From Bacilli bacterium (GTDB taxonomy: Bacteria > Bacillota_I > Bacilli_A > RF39 > UBA660): a stretch of DNA of 64,000 nt. This document shows positions 30,685-37,905 of the stretch, piece after piece. The first letter of the stretch is position 1; every line of letters begins with the position of its first letter. Where the stretch lies: contig JAVBQF010000001.1 in NCBI GenBank assembly GCA_031549195.1, positions 103,218-167,217 on the forward strand. The letters run 5' to 3'. The notes below the pieces were generated by a model. The model was not told the DNA's origin, searched no databases, and saw only the letters and a list, made by a program, of their open reading frames with translations. The position numbers and the translations under genes were made by a program.

Positions 30685-31496
30685 ATAGAGTTTTGCTTGA
30701 TTTAGGATTTATACAAATATACTGGTATTCAATAATGATAATTTTGGGAGTATTTGTAGGTATGGCTTTTGCGTATCGTGAAGTCAAAAGACAAAATATA
30801 AATGAAGACTTTTTTATTAATTTAGTATTTTATACAATAATATTTGCAGTCATAGGAGCAAGACTTTATTATGTAGTATTTAACTGGGATTATTATAGTA
30901 AAAATTTCATTGAAATATTTGAGATATGGAATGGTGGACTTGCGATACACGGTGGAATTTTATTTGGTACTATTTTCTTAGTTATATATACAAAAAGGTT
31001 TAAGATGCCTGTATTTAAATTAATGGATATATGCGCAGTTGGATTAATTATAGGACAAGCAATTGGAAGGTGGGGTAATTTCTTTAATGGCGAAGCGTAT
31101 GGTGCAATAACGACAAAAGCGGCATTACTTGCAAATCATATACCAGAATTTATTGCTGATGGAATGTATATAAATGGTAATTATTATCAACCAACATTTT
31201 TATATGAGTCAATTTGGAATGTTGTTGGGTTTATTGTTCTATTGGTTGTAAGAAAGAGTTTTAGATATTTAAAAAATGGTCAACTAACTGGAATTTATTT
31301 GATGTGGTATTCTGTTGGAAGATTTTTTATCGAAGGAATGCGTGGAGATAGTTTAATGTTAGGAGACTTTAGAGTAGCTCAAATAATATCTGTTATTTTA
31401 TTTGTAGTAGGATTGATAATGTTTATATATAAGCTAAGAAAGCCAAGGTTTGAAGATTTATATAGAGAGGAGAATCAAAATGAAATTGCGTACTAG
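30681..31496 (+). CDS. lgt: Prolipoprotein diacylglyceryl transferase
   Basis: GGLAIHGG and GRWGNFFNGEAYG motifs. Multi-TM protein. Confidence 0.95.
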   Translation: MNRVLLDLGFIQIYWYSIMIILGVFVGMAFAYREVKRQNINEDFFINLVFYTIIFAVIGARLYYVVFNWDYYSKNFIEIFEIWNGGLAIHGGILFGTIFLVIYTKRFKMPVFKLMDICAVGLIIGQAIGRWGNFFNGEAYGAITTKAALLANHIPEFIADGMYINGNYYQPTFLYESIWNVVGFIVLLVVRKSFRYLKNGQLTGIYLMWYSVGRFFIEGMRGDSLMLGDFRVAQIISVILFVVGLIMFIYKLRKPRFEDLYREENQNEIAY

Positions 31497-32397
31497 TGTA
31501 GCGATAATAGGTGCTGGTGTTGCAGGAATGACAGCAGCAATATATCTTAAAAGGGCTGGTATTGACTGTATTGTTATAGAGAATGTTTCTCCAGGAGGTC
31601 AAATATTAAAGGCATTTAAGGTAGAAAACTATCCTGGATTTATGCAAATATCTGGAACTGAACTATCAAATAATATGTTTGATCAAATAAAAAGGTTAGA
31701 TGTTCAATATAAAAAAGATGAAGTTATAAAAATAGAATCTAAGAAAAAAAAGAAAATAACCTTGAAGTCTAATGATACTATCGAATGTGAAAAAATAATA
31801 ATAGCAACTGGTAGAAAACCTAAGAAGTTAAATGTTCCAAATTTAAATAAATTTCTTGGTAAAGGAGTAAGTTATTGTGCAACTTGTGATGGAAGATTTT
31901 TTAAAGACCAAGATGTTGTTGTTGTTGGTGGAAGTAATAGTGCTTTAGAAGAAGCGATATATTTATCTAATATTTGTAAAACGGTTACAATAATTCACAG
32001 AAGAGATACTTTTAGGGCAGATAAATATTATCAGGATGAAATATCAAAAATAGATAATATAAAGGTTAAATACAATGCACATTTAAAAGAGCTTGTTAGT
32101 GACGGGATAAAACTTTCAAGTTTGATTATAGAATATAACAATGGTGAAATAGAGGAATTGGAAATAACTGGTTGTTTTTCGTCGATTGGATATGAACCTA
32201 ATTCAGAATTGTTCGACAGTATAGTGAAGCTTGATGATGAGGGTTATATAAAGGTAGATAAAAATTATATGACAAATGTAGACGGAATATATGCGTCAGG
32301 AGACATTGTAAAGAAAGATTCATACCTCCTTATTACAGCCATGAATGATGCAGTTGTGGCAAGCGCTAGTTGTATTGCAAAACTATCAGAGAAATAA
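31480..32397 (+). CDS. trxB: Thioredoxin-disulfide reductase
   Basis: SD GAGGAGA, ATG 31480 (17-nt overlap with lgt). FAD site IIGAGVAG, redox CATCDG, NADPH site VVGGSNSA. Confidence 0.9.
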   Translation: MKLRTSVAIIGAGVAGMTAAIYLKRAGIDCIVIENVSPGGQILKAFKVENYPGFMQISGTELSNNMFDQIKRLDVQYKKDEVIKIESKKKKKITLKSNDTIECEKIIIATGRKPKKLNVPNLNKFLGKGVSYCATCDGRFFKDQDVVVVGGSNSALEEAIYLSNICKTVTIIHRRDTFRADKYYQDEISKIDNIKVKYNAHLKELVSDGIKLSSLIIEYNNGEIEELEITGCFSSIGYEPNSELFDSIVKLDDEGYIKVDKNYMTNVDGIYASGDIVKKDSYLLITAMNDAVVASASCIAKLSEK

Positions 32398-32426
32398 TTG
32401 ACAAATACGCTATCTTGTGTTATTTT
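32398..32426 (+). promoter_or_regulatory. Putative promoter of the secE-nusG unit
   Basis: TTGACA (32398-32403), 17-nt spacer, TG-extended TATTTT (32421-32426). Confidence 0.4.
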
Positions 32427-32476
32427 ATATCTAGCACGAAATAGTGTTTTTATTTTGGAAAAATGAGGTGGGCTTT

Positions 32477-32812
32477 ATGGCGATTAAAGAAAAAGTAAAA
32501 GAAACTAAAAACTATATAAAAGATGTTGAAATAGTTGAACCAGAAAAGAAAAAAGATAATGGTAAAAAAATGAAAGAAACAAAGAAAGATAATAAGAAAA
32601 AAGATGTTAAAAAGTCTAGTAAAAGAGGCTTCTTTGGTAGCATAAAAGATTGGTTTAAATCGGTTTTAAAGGAACTTAAGAATGTTAAGTGGCCAAGTAA
32701 AAAAGAAATGATAAAAAACTCTATTGCAACAATAGTATTTATTCTATTCTTTGCAGCATTCTTCTTAATAGTTGAAGTTGCTGTTTCATTCTTACTAGAG
32801 TACTTTGGATAA
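32477..32812 (+). CDS. secE: Preprotein translocase subunit SecE with a long basic N-terminal extension
   Basis: SD GAGGTGG, ATG 32477. C-terminal KELKNVKWPSKKEM + single TM is the conserved SecE core. It is preceded by about 50 Lys-rich residues. Confidence 0.9.
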   Translation: MAIKEKVKETKNYIKDVEIVEPEKKKDNGKKMKETKKDNKKKDVKKSSKRGFFGSIKDWFKSVLKELKNVKWPSKKEMIKNSIATIVFILFFAAFFLIVEVAVSFLLEYFG

Positions 32813-32827
32813 TAGGGGGATTAATAA

Positions 32828-33364
32828 ATGGATAAACAATGGTATGTAGTTAATACTTATTCAGGACACGAGAACAAAGTTAAAGAAAAATTAGAGATGA
32901 GAGCTAATTCTATGGATATGCAAGAATTTATCTTTAGAGTAATTGTTCCTGAGCAAAAGGAAGTAGAAGTTAAAGATGGGACAACAAAAGAAAAAGTTAA
33001 AAAGATGTTCCCTGGATATATATTAGTTGAAATGATAATGAGTGATGAGGCATGGTTTGTTGTAAGAAATACACCAGGAGTAACTGGATTTATTGGATCT
33101 AGTGGTAAGGGGGCTAAACCTACTGCATTACAACCTTATGAAGTAGATACAATTCTAAGAAATATGGGAATGAGTAGACTAGATGTTAACAAAGAATTAG
33201 AAGTTGGAACAAAGGTAAAGATTGTTGGTGGAGCATTTACAGGAATGTATGGTACAATTGATAATGTAGATCTAGACAATCAAAAGTTAATACTTAATGT
33301 TGATTTGTTTGGTCAAGTTACATCAATAGAAGTAGAATTAAATCAAGTTGAAATTGCTAATTAA
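32828..33364 (+). CDS. nusG: Transcription termination/antitermination factor NusG
   Basis: WYVVNTYSGHENKV NGN start and KOW motif GTKVKIVGGAFTGMYGTI. Confidence 0.97.
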   Translation: MDKQWYVVNTYSGHENKVKEKLEMRANSMDMQEFIFRVIVPEQKEVEVKDGTTKEKVKKMFPGYILVEMIMSDEAWFVVRNTPGVTGFIGSSGKGAKPTALQPYEVDTILRNMGMSRLDVNKELEVGTKVKIVGGAFTGMYGTIDNVDLDNQKLILNVDLFGQVTSIEVELNQVEIAN

Positions 33365-33375
33365 GGGGTGATTTT

Positions 33376-34416
33376 ATGGGAATACTCAATGAAATATCAA
33401 TAAATCATTATATTGCAATTAAGAAAAATGCAAGAACTCTGTATGGTTTGTATAGTTCGTTGCCCGTTAAAGAACAAGAAGACTTTTTAAAACCAGAAAA
33501 TATATTAGAATATTTAAGTACAGGTTTAGAATCAATAGAGACACAAATACTTTTAACAACATTAATGATTCCTGATACTTTTGAATTATTGGAATTATCT
33601 GGTGATGAATTGTTAAAAAGGCTTACTGAAATTGCTGCTGAAAAAGGGCTGAATGAAGCGGTTGCTAGGGCTAGATATGAGGAGCTTACACATTTTAAGA
33701 CTGTAGAGTTAATTGATAATGGAACCTTGGAGCCCATGTATGAAGATAGTCCTTTAAATGCTGAATCTAGCGTTCAAGATGATGAATATGAAAGATTAAA
33801 GGATGTAGAGTATGTTAAACTAAAAAGAGATCTTTATATTAAGGCAGACTTTTTTAGGAGACTATCAATGGATGATAAGTGGAGACTTTTAAGATCAATA
33901 GAAATAGATCAAGATGGAGTTTTTATTCACAGAGATGAAGAAACCCCAGTTCATAGAATTATTAGTGAATATATGAGGAAAACGGCATTAAAGCAAGATC
34001 CAACAGATGTTTTTAATAGTGAAAGGATTATGTTTGGATTTGCTAATAATAGTGCAAATATGATTACACTTGCTTCACTTTTTGTCCCAAATGATGGGGA
34101 GTTTTTTGAAACTATGCAAAGAAATGACCGTGATATGGAAAAGACAGCAGCAGAATATCAAATTCCAATTGGTTTGGCTCAATTCAAGGCAGGAGAAATT
34201 AAAAGACAAAACACTGTGGAACTAGAGACAAGTGGAATATTGAAACCAGTATATAAAGGAAATAAATGGTTTGAAGCAGCACAAATAAAATCAACTACTA
34301 TTGATAGTCCAGAAATTACAGAAGTCAAAAGTTATATAGAAGATGTTAGCTTCAGACAAATCCAGGGTATTCTTGAGAAAGCATTCCCACCTAAGAGTGA
34401 AGTTAAAACCGTTTAA
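33376..34416 (+). CDS. Hypothetical soluble protein (346 aa) with an internal duplication, inserted between nusG and rplK
   Basis: SD AAGGGGTG overlaps the nusG stop, ATG 33376. No recognisable motif. Two modules of about 65 aa align to each other (nt 33550-33750 and 34066-34263). Confidence 0.6.
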   Translation: MGILNEISINHYIAIKKNARTLYGLYSSLPVKEQEDFLKPENILEYLSTGLESIETQILLTTLMIPDTFELLELSGDELLKRLTEIAAEKGLNEAVARARYEELTHFKTVELIDNGTLEPMYEDSPLNAESSVQDDEYERLKDVEYVKLKRDLYIKADFFRRLSMDDKWRLLRSIEIDQDGVFIHRDEETPVHRIISEYMRKTALKQDPTDVFNSERIMFGFANNSANMITLASLFVPNDGEFFETMQRNDRDMEKTAAEYQIPIGLAQFKAGEIKRQNTVELETSGILKPVYKGNKWFEAAQIKSTTIDSPEITEVKSYIEDVSFRQIQGILEKAFPPKSEVKTV

Positions 34417-34431
34417 ACATATAATATACTA

Positions 34432-34460
34432 TTGCAATTTATAAACAATAATGTTATTAT
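34432..34460 (+). promoter_or_regulatory. Sigma-A-type promoter of rplK-rplA
   Basis: TTGCAA (34432-34437), 17-nt spacer, TATTAT (34455-34460). Confidence 0.5.
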
Positions 34461-34492
34461 TTAATGGCTATATTTAATTGATATAGATTATT

Positions 34493-34535
34493 AGTGGGAG
34501 GCAGAGCCTAAGCGGACAAAGCTATTTGTACCACT
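34493..34535 (+). promoter_or_regulatory. Putative L1-binding leader (23S rRNA L1-stalk mimic) upstream of rplK
   Basis: AGUGG-GAGGC-AGA-GCC...GCGGACAAAGC...GUA-CCACU. Outer stem GUGG/CCAC encloses GGGAGGC, like 23S helix 76/77 (..GGUGGGAGGC....AUACCACC..). Confidence 0.55.
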
Positions 34536-34573
34536 CGCGAAAACGTAAAAAAAATTTATAGGAGGTGTTTTTC

Positions 34574-34999
34574 GTGGCAAGAGAAGTTGTTAGAAAAGTA
34601 AAATTACAAATTCAAGCTGGAAAAGCGACACCAGCTCCACCAGTTGGAACAGTGTTGGGACCAGCAGGAATCAATTTGCAAGAATTCTGTACAAGATATA
34701 ATGATGCAACTAGAGAAAAAATGGGAGATGTATTACCGGTTGAAATTTCAATCTATGATGATAGAAGCTTTGATTTCGTAATTAAGACTCCACCAGTAGC
34801 ATTCTTACTTAAGAAATATGCAAAAGTTGATAAAGGTTCAGTTAAAGGTTCAAAAGAACCAGTTGGATCAATTACTAAAGCTCAACTAAAAGAAATAGCT
34901 GAGACGAAGTTACCAGATGTAAATGCATACACGGTTGAAGAAGCTATGAAGATAGTCGAAGGTACTGCTCGTAATATGGGTATTACTATTACAGAATAA
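34574..34999 (+). CDS. rplK: 50S ribosomal protein L11
   Basis: SD GGAGG 34561-34565, GTG 34574. KLQIQAGKATPAPPVGTVLGPAGIN. Confidence 0.96.
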   Translation: MAREVVRKVKLQIQAGKATPAPPVGTVLGPAGINLQEFCTRYNDATREKMGDVLPVEISIYDDRSFDFVIKTPPVAFLLKKYAKVDKGSVKGSKEPVGSITKAQLKEIAETKLPDVNAYTVEEAMKIVEGTARNMGITITE

Positions 35000-35041
35000 T
35001 AAATTTAAAAATAATTAATTAAACATATAGGTATATTACCT

Positions 35042-35080
35042 ATGTGGGAGGATGTCCGCACAATCCGCTACATACCACAT
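35042..35080 (+). promoter_or_regulatory. Second putative L1-binding mimic, abutting the rplA SD
   Basis: AUGUGG-GAGGAUGUCCGCACAAUCCGCUACAUA-CCACAU, with the same GUGGGAGG...ACCAC signature. It ends 1 nt before AAGGAGG (35081-35087). Confidence 0.55.
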
Positions 35081-35096
35081 AAGGAGGAATTAAAAA

Positions 35097-35795
35097 ATGA
35101 AAAAAAGAGGAAAGAAATATTTAGATGCTATTGCTAAAGTAGATAGAACAAAAGCATATACTAAAGAAGAAGCTGTTAAATTAGCTAAAGAAACTTCTGT
35201 TAGTAAATTTGCTGCGTCGGTTGAAGTTGCAGTTAGATTAAATCTAGATACTAAGAAATCTGATCAACAATTAAGAGGAGCTATAGTGTTGCCAAACGGT
35301 ACAGGTAAAACTAAAAGAGTGCTAGTTGTTGCTAAAGGTGACAATGCTAAAAAAGCAGAAGTAGCTGGAGCTGATTATGTTGGAGATGTTGAATTACTTG
35401 AAAAAATCGAAAAAGAAAATTGGTTTGAATTCGATGTAATGATAGCAACACCAGATATGATGCCACTTCTTGGTAAACTAGGTAAAGTATTAGGGCCAAA
35501 AGGTTTAATGCCAAATCCTAAGACTGGAACTGTTACTACAGATGTTACTAAAGCAGTAAATGATGTAAAAGCAGGAAGAGTAGAATATAGAACTGATACA
35601 TTTGGTAATGTTCATGGAATTATAGGGAATACTACTTTTAGTGAAGAAGCTTTGCTTGAGAACTTAGAAGCATTTATGTCTGTAATAGTAAAAGCAAAAC
35701 CATCTACAGTAAAAGGTGATTACATCAAAAATATTTCAGTAGCTACTACTATGGGTCCTGGAATTAAGATAATTTCAAATTCTTTTGACAAATAG
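35097..35795 (+). CDS. rplA: 50S ribosomal protein L1
   Basis: Typical L1 sequence (..[13 protein letters not shown].., ..[16 protein letters not shown]..). Confidence 0.97.
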   Translation: MKKRGKKYLDAIAKVDRTKAYTKEEAVKLAKETSVSKFAASVEVAVRLNLDTKKSDQQLRGAIVLPNGTGKTKRVLVVAKGDNAKKAEVAGADYVGDVELLEKIEKENWFEFDVMIATPDMMPLLGKLGKVLGPKGLMPNPKTGTVTTDVTKAVNDVKAGRVEYRTDTFGNVHGIIGNTTFSEEALLENLEAFMSVIVKAKPSTVKGDYIKNISVATTMGPGIKIISNSFDK

Positions 35796-35813
35796 TATGA
35801 GTTAATATATAAT
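35785..35813 (+). promoter_or_regulatory. Consensus sigma-A promoter of rplJ-rplL, overlapping the rplA 3' end
   Basis: TTGACA (35785-35790), 17-nt spacer, TATAAT (35808-35813). Confidence 0.65.
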
Positions 35814-35819
35814 ACAATT

Positions 35820-35958
35820 AATTTGTTGGTGCCATAGACAGTAGGTATAAAAGTAAATCCTACCGAGGAACTATCTTAATAAAGATAATTTTTGGAGTCT
35901 CTATGCATCATAGGGGCTTTTTTAAGGCCTTAATAAATAAATTTAAGGAGGTGTATTT
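35820..35958 (+). promoter_or_regulatory. L10 (rplJ) leader with an attenuator-type terminator hairpin
   Basis: Structured 5' UTR: GUAGG...CCUAC (35841-35863), UAUCUU/AAGAUA (35872-35888), then hairpin CTCTATG-CAT-CATAGGG (35899-35915) + TTTTTT (35918-35923) about 35 nt before the rplJ ATG. Confidence 0.55.
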
Positions 35959-36453
35959 ATGGCAAATAAGAATATTCTAGCGCAAAAACAAACGGTTATT
36001 GATGAAATCAAAAACCAAGTTAGCGATAATGCTACTATTGTTTTGTTTGATTATCGTGGAATTACTGATAATGAAGCAAAAGAATTGAGAAGAGCGTTAA
36101 GAGAAACTGGATCTGACTATAAAGTATATAAAAATACTTTAATGGCAAGAGCTATGAACGATTTAAATATCACGTTAGGTGATCATTTAAATGGACCAAG
36201 TGCTTTAGCATATGGAACAGATCAGATCGCACCAATCAAAGTATTAGCAGATTTTGCAAAAAAACACCCAGCACTATCATTGAAAGTAGGAGTTGTAGAT
36301 GGAAAAGTATCTGAAAAAACAGATCTTGATCAACTAGCAGCAATACCTGGAAGAGAGGGTCTACTTACTATGTTAGCTGGAGCATTGATTGCAATACCAA
36401 AAGACTTAGCTATTAGCTTAGATCTTTATGGAAAACAAAAGGAAGAAAATTAA
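35959..36453 (+). CDS. rplJ: 50S ribosomal protein L10
   Basis: SD AAGGAGGTG. Typical L10 sequence. Confidence 0.96.
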   Translation: MANKNILAQKQTVIDEIKNQVSDNATIVLFDYRGITDNEAKELRRALRETGSDYKVYKNTLMARAMNDLNITLGDHLNGPSALAYGTDQIAPIKVLADFAKKHPALSLKVGVVDGKVSEKTDLDQLAAIPGREGLLTMLAGALIAIPKDLAISLDLYGKQKEEN

Positions 36454-36479
36454 TTTAAAAATAAGGGAGGAAAATTAAA

Positions 36480-36848
36480 ATGGCTAAATTAACAAAAGAA
36501 AGCTTTATCGAAAGTTTAAAAGAAATGTCACTACTAGAAATTAAAGAACTAGTTGACGCAATGAAGGAAGAATTTGGAGTAGATCCAAGTGCAGTTGCAG
36601 TTGCTGCTGCACCAGCTGCTGAGGCTGCTGCAACAGGACCATCTACAGTTACAGTAACTTTAACAAATGCTGGAGCTGCTAAAATCAACGTTATTAAAGT
36701 TATTAAGGAAATCACAGGACTTGGTCTTGCTGAATCTAAAGCAATTGCTGATAATGGTGGGGCTGTTAAAGAAAACATTCCAGTTGCTGAGGCTGAAGAA
36801 ATTAAAGCTAAGCTAGTTGAAGCTGGAGCAGAAGTAGAAGTTAAGTAA
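36480..36848 (+). CDS. rplL: 50S ribosomal protein L7/L12
   Basis: N-terminal dimerisation helix, Ala-rich hinge, C-terminal domain ..KVIKEITGLGLAESKA... Confidence 0.97.
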   Translation: MAKLTKESFIESLKEMSLLEIKELVDAMKEEFGVDPSAVAVAAAPAAEAAATGPSTVTVTLTNAGAAKINVIKVIKEITGLGLAESKAIADNGGAVKENIPVAEAEEIKAKLVEAGAEVEVK

Positions 36849-36864
36849 TTAACAAAACTATATA

Positions 36865-36896
36865 AAGATTCAAATAGAATATTGAATCTTTTTTTG
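36865..36896 (+). terminator. Rho-independent terminator after rplL
   Basis: 9-bp stem AAGATTCAA / TTGAATCTT (36865-36873 / 36882-36890) followed by TTTTTT. Confidence 0.8.
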
Positions 36897-36925
36897 TTGA
36901 CTATTTGAAATATTTTTTATAATAA
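36897..36925 (+). promoter_or_regulatory. Putative orphan promoter
   Basis: TTGACT (36897-36902), then TATAAT (36918-36923, 15-nt spacer) or TAATAA (36920-36925, 17-nt spacer). Confidence 0.35.
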
Positions 36926-37100
36926 TAATATCTACTATGAGACGTTGATTATGTTTAACATTAAAAATTTATGTGAAAGTGTAAATAGTAGGTATTAGAA
37001 TTTGAAGAAAGATTAAGTGAGACTAAGCTTGAAGAGTTATTGGCAAAAGTATTAGGTAAGAACAAAAAAGCAACAAGCAATAATTTGCTTGTTGTTTTAT
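36926..37100 (+). ncRNA. Candidate small non-coding transcript (no credible ORF between the orphan promoter and a strong terminator)
   Basis: About 175 nt. The only ATG ORF is 15 codons with no SD. Ends in a 10-bp perfect hairpin. Confidence 0.3.
37064..37100 (+). terminator. Strong Rho-independent terminator with no upstream gene
   Basis: CAACAAGCAA-TAAT-TTGCTTGTTG (37071-37094), flanked by an A-run on the 5' side and TTTTAT on the 3' side. Confidence 0.8.
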
Positions 37101-37120
37101 ATATCCTTTAATAAAAACAC

Positions 37121-37149
37121 TTGATTTTATGAGTGACTTATTGTATTAT
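37121..37149 (+). promoter_or_regulatory. Putative promoter of the methyltransferase gene
   Basis: TTGATT (37121-37126), 17-nt spacer, TATTAT (37144-37149). Confidence 0.4.
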
Positions 37150-37181
37150 ATTAATACACGAAAGGAGAACTAACTATAATT

Positions 37182-37811
37182 ATGTTATATGTTAGTTCTT
37201 TTTTATTTCTAGGAGCTGATCAAGTGGGACAATATTTTGACAATGTTAATCTTGAAAGTAATATAAAAAAACACCAGGTAAACATATTTAACAATAACTA
37301 TTATTTCAATACAGACAATGGAGTTTTTTCGAAGGATGGATTGGATTTTGGTACTAGATTGTTGCTTGAATCTTTACCTTTAAAAGATTTGGGTGAAAAA
37401 ATATTGGATGTTGGATGTGGATATGGTGTTATTCCAATAATTCTCTCTAAAGTAATTGCTGCAGAATTTGAAGGAATTGATGTAAATAAAAGAGCACTTC
37501 ATCTAGCAAAGATGAATGCTAAAGAGAACAAGGTTAATAATATAAATTTTTATGAGAGTGATTGCTATAGTAGTGTTAATAAAAAATATAACTCTATCAT
37601 TACAAATCCTCCAATAAGAGCTGGCAAAAAAATTGTATATGAGATATTAATGACAGCAAAAGATTATCTTTTAGAAGATGGAAGTTTATTTTTAGTAATT
37701 AGAAAAGAACAAGGCGCTAAGTCCGCTATTAAGGATTTAGAGATTTTATATAAAGTGTCCATATTAAATCGAAAAAAGGGATTTTTTATCATAAAATGCA
37801 ATTTGCGTTGA
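37182..37811 (+). CDS. Class I SAM-dependent (RsmC/YbxB-like) rRNA methyltransferase
   Basis: DVGCGYG SAM motif and ITNPPIRAGK (NPPxxxG) motif. Same position as B. subtilis ybxB between rplL and rpoB. Alternative GTG start at 37224 after AGGAG. Confidence 0.75.
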   Translation: MLYVSSFLFLGADQVGQYFDNVNLESNIKKHQVNIFNNNYYFNTDNGVFSKDGLDFGTRLLLESLPLKDLGEKILDVGCGYGVIPIILSKVIAAEFEGIDVNKRALHLAKMNAKENKVNNINFYESDCYSSVNKKYNSIITNPPIRAGKKIVYEILMTAKDYLLEDGSLFLVIRKEQGAKSAIKDLEILYKVSILNRKKGFFIIKCNLR

Positions 37812-37905
37812 CAAGTTGAAAATAGTATGCTAATAATATAAATTGGCTACGTATTAACAAAAGCTGTTTGTTCTTTGATTAAATAATGTATAGGGGTGAA
37901 TTTTA

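Noticed and set aside
36455-36778. 107-aa minus-strand ORF antisense to rplL
   Set aside because: It lies fully inside a certain ribosomal protein gene. It is the reverse complement of the GCT/GCA-rich Ala hinge and has no SD or independent motif. This is a typical antisense artefact.
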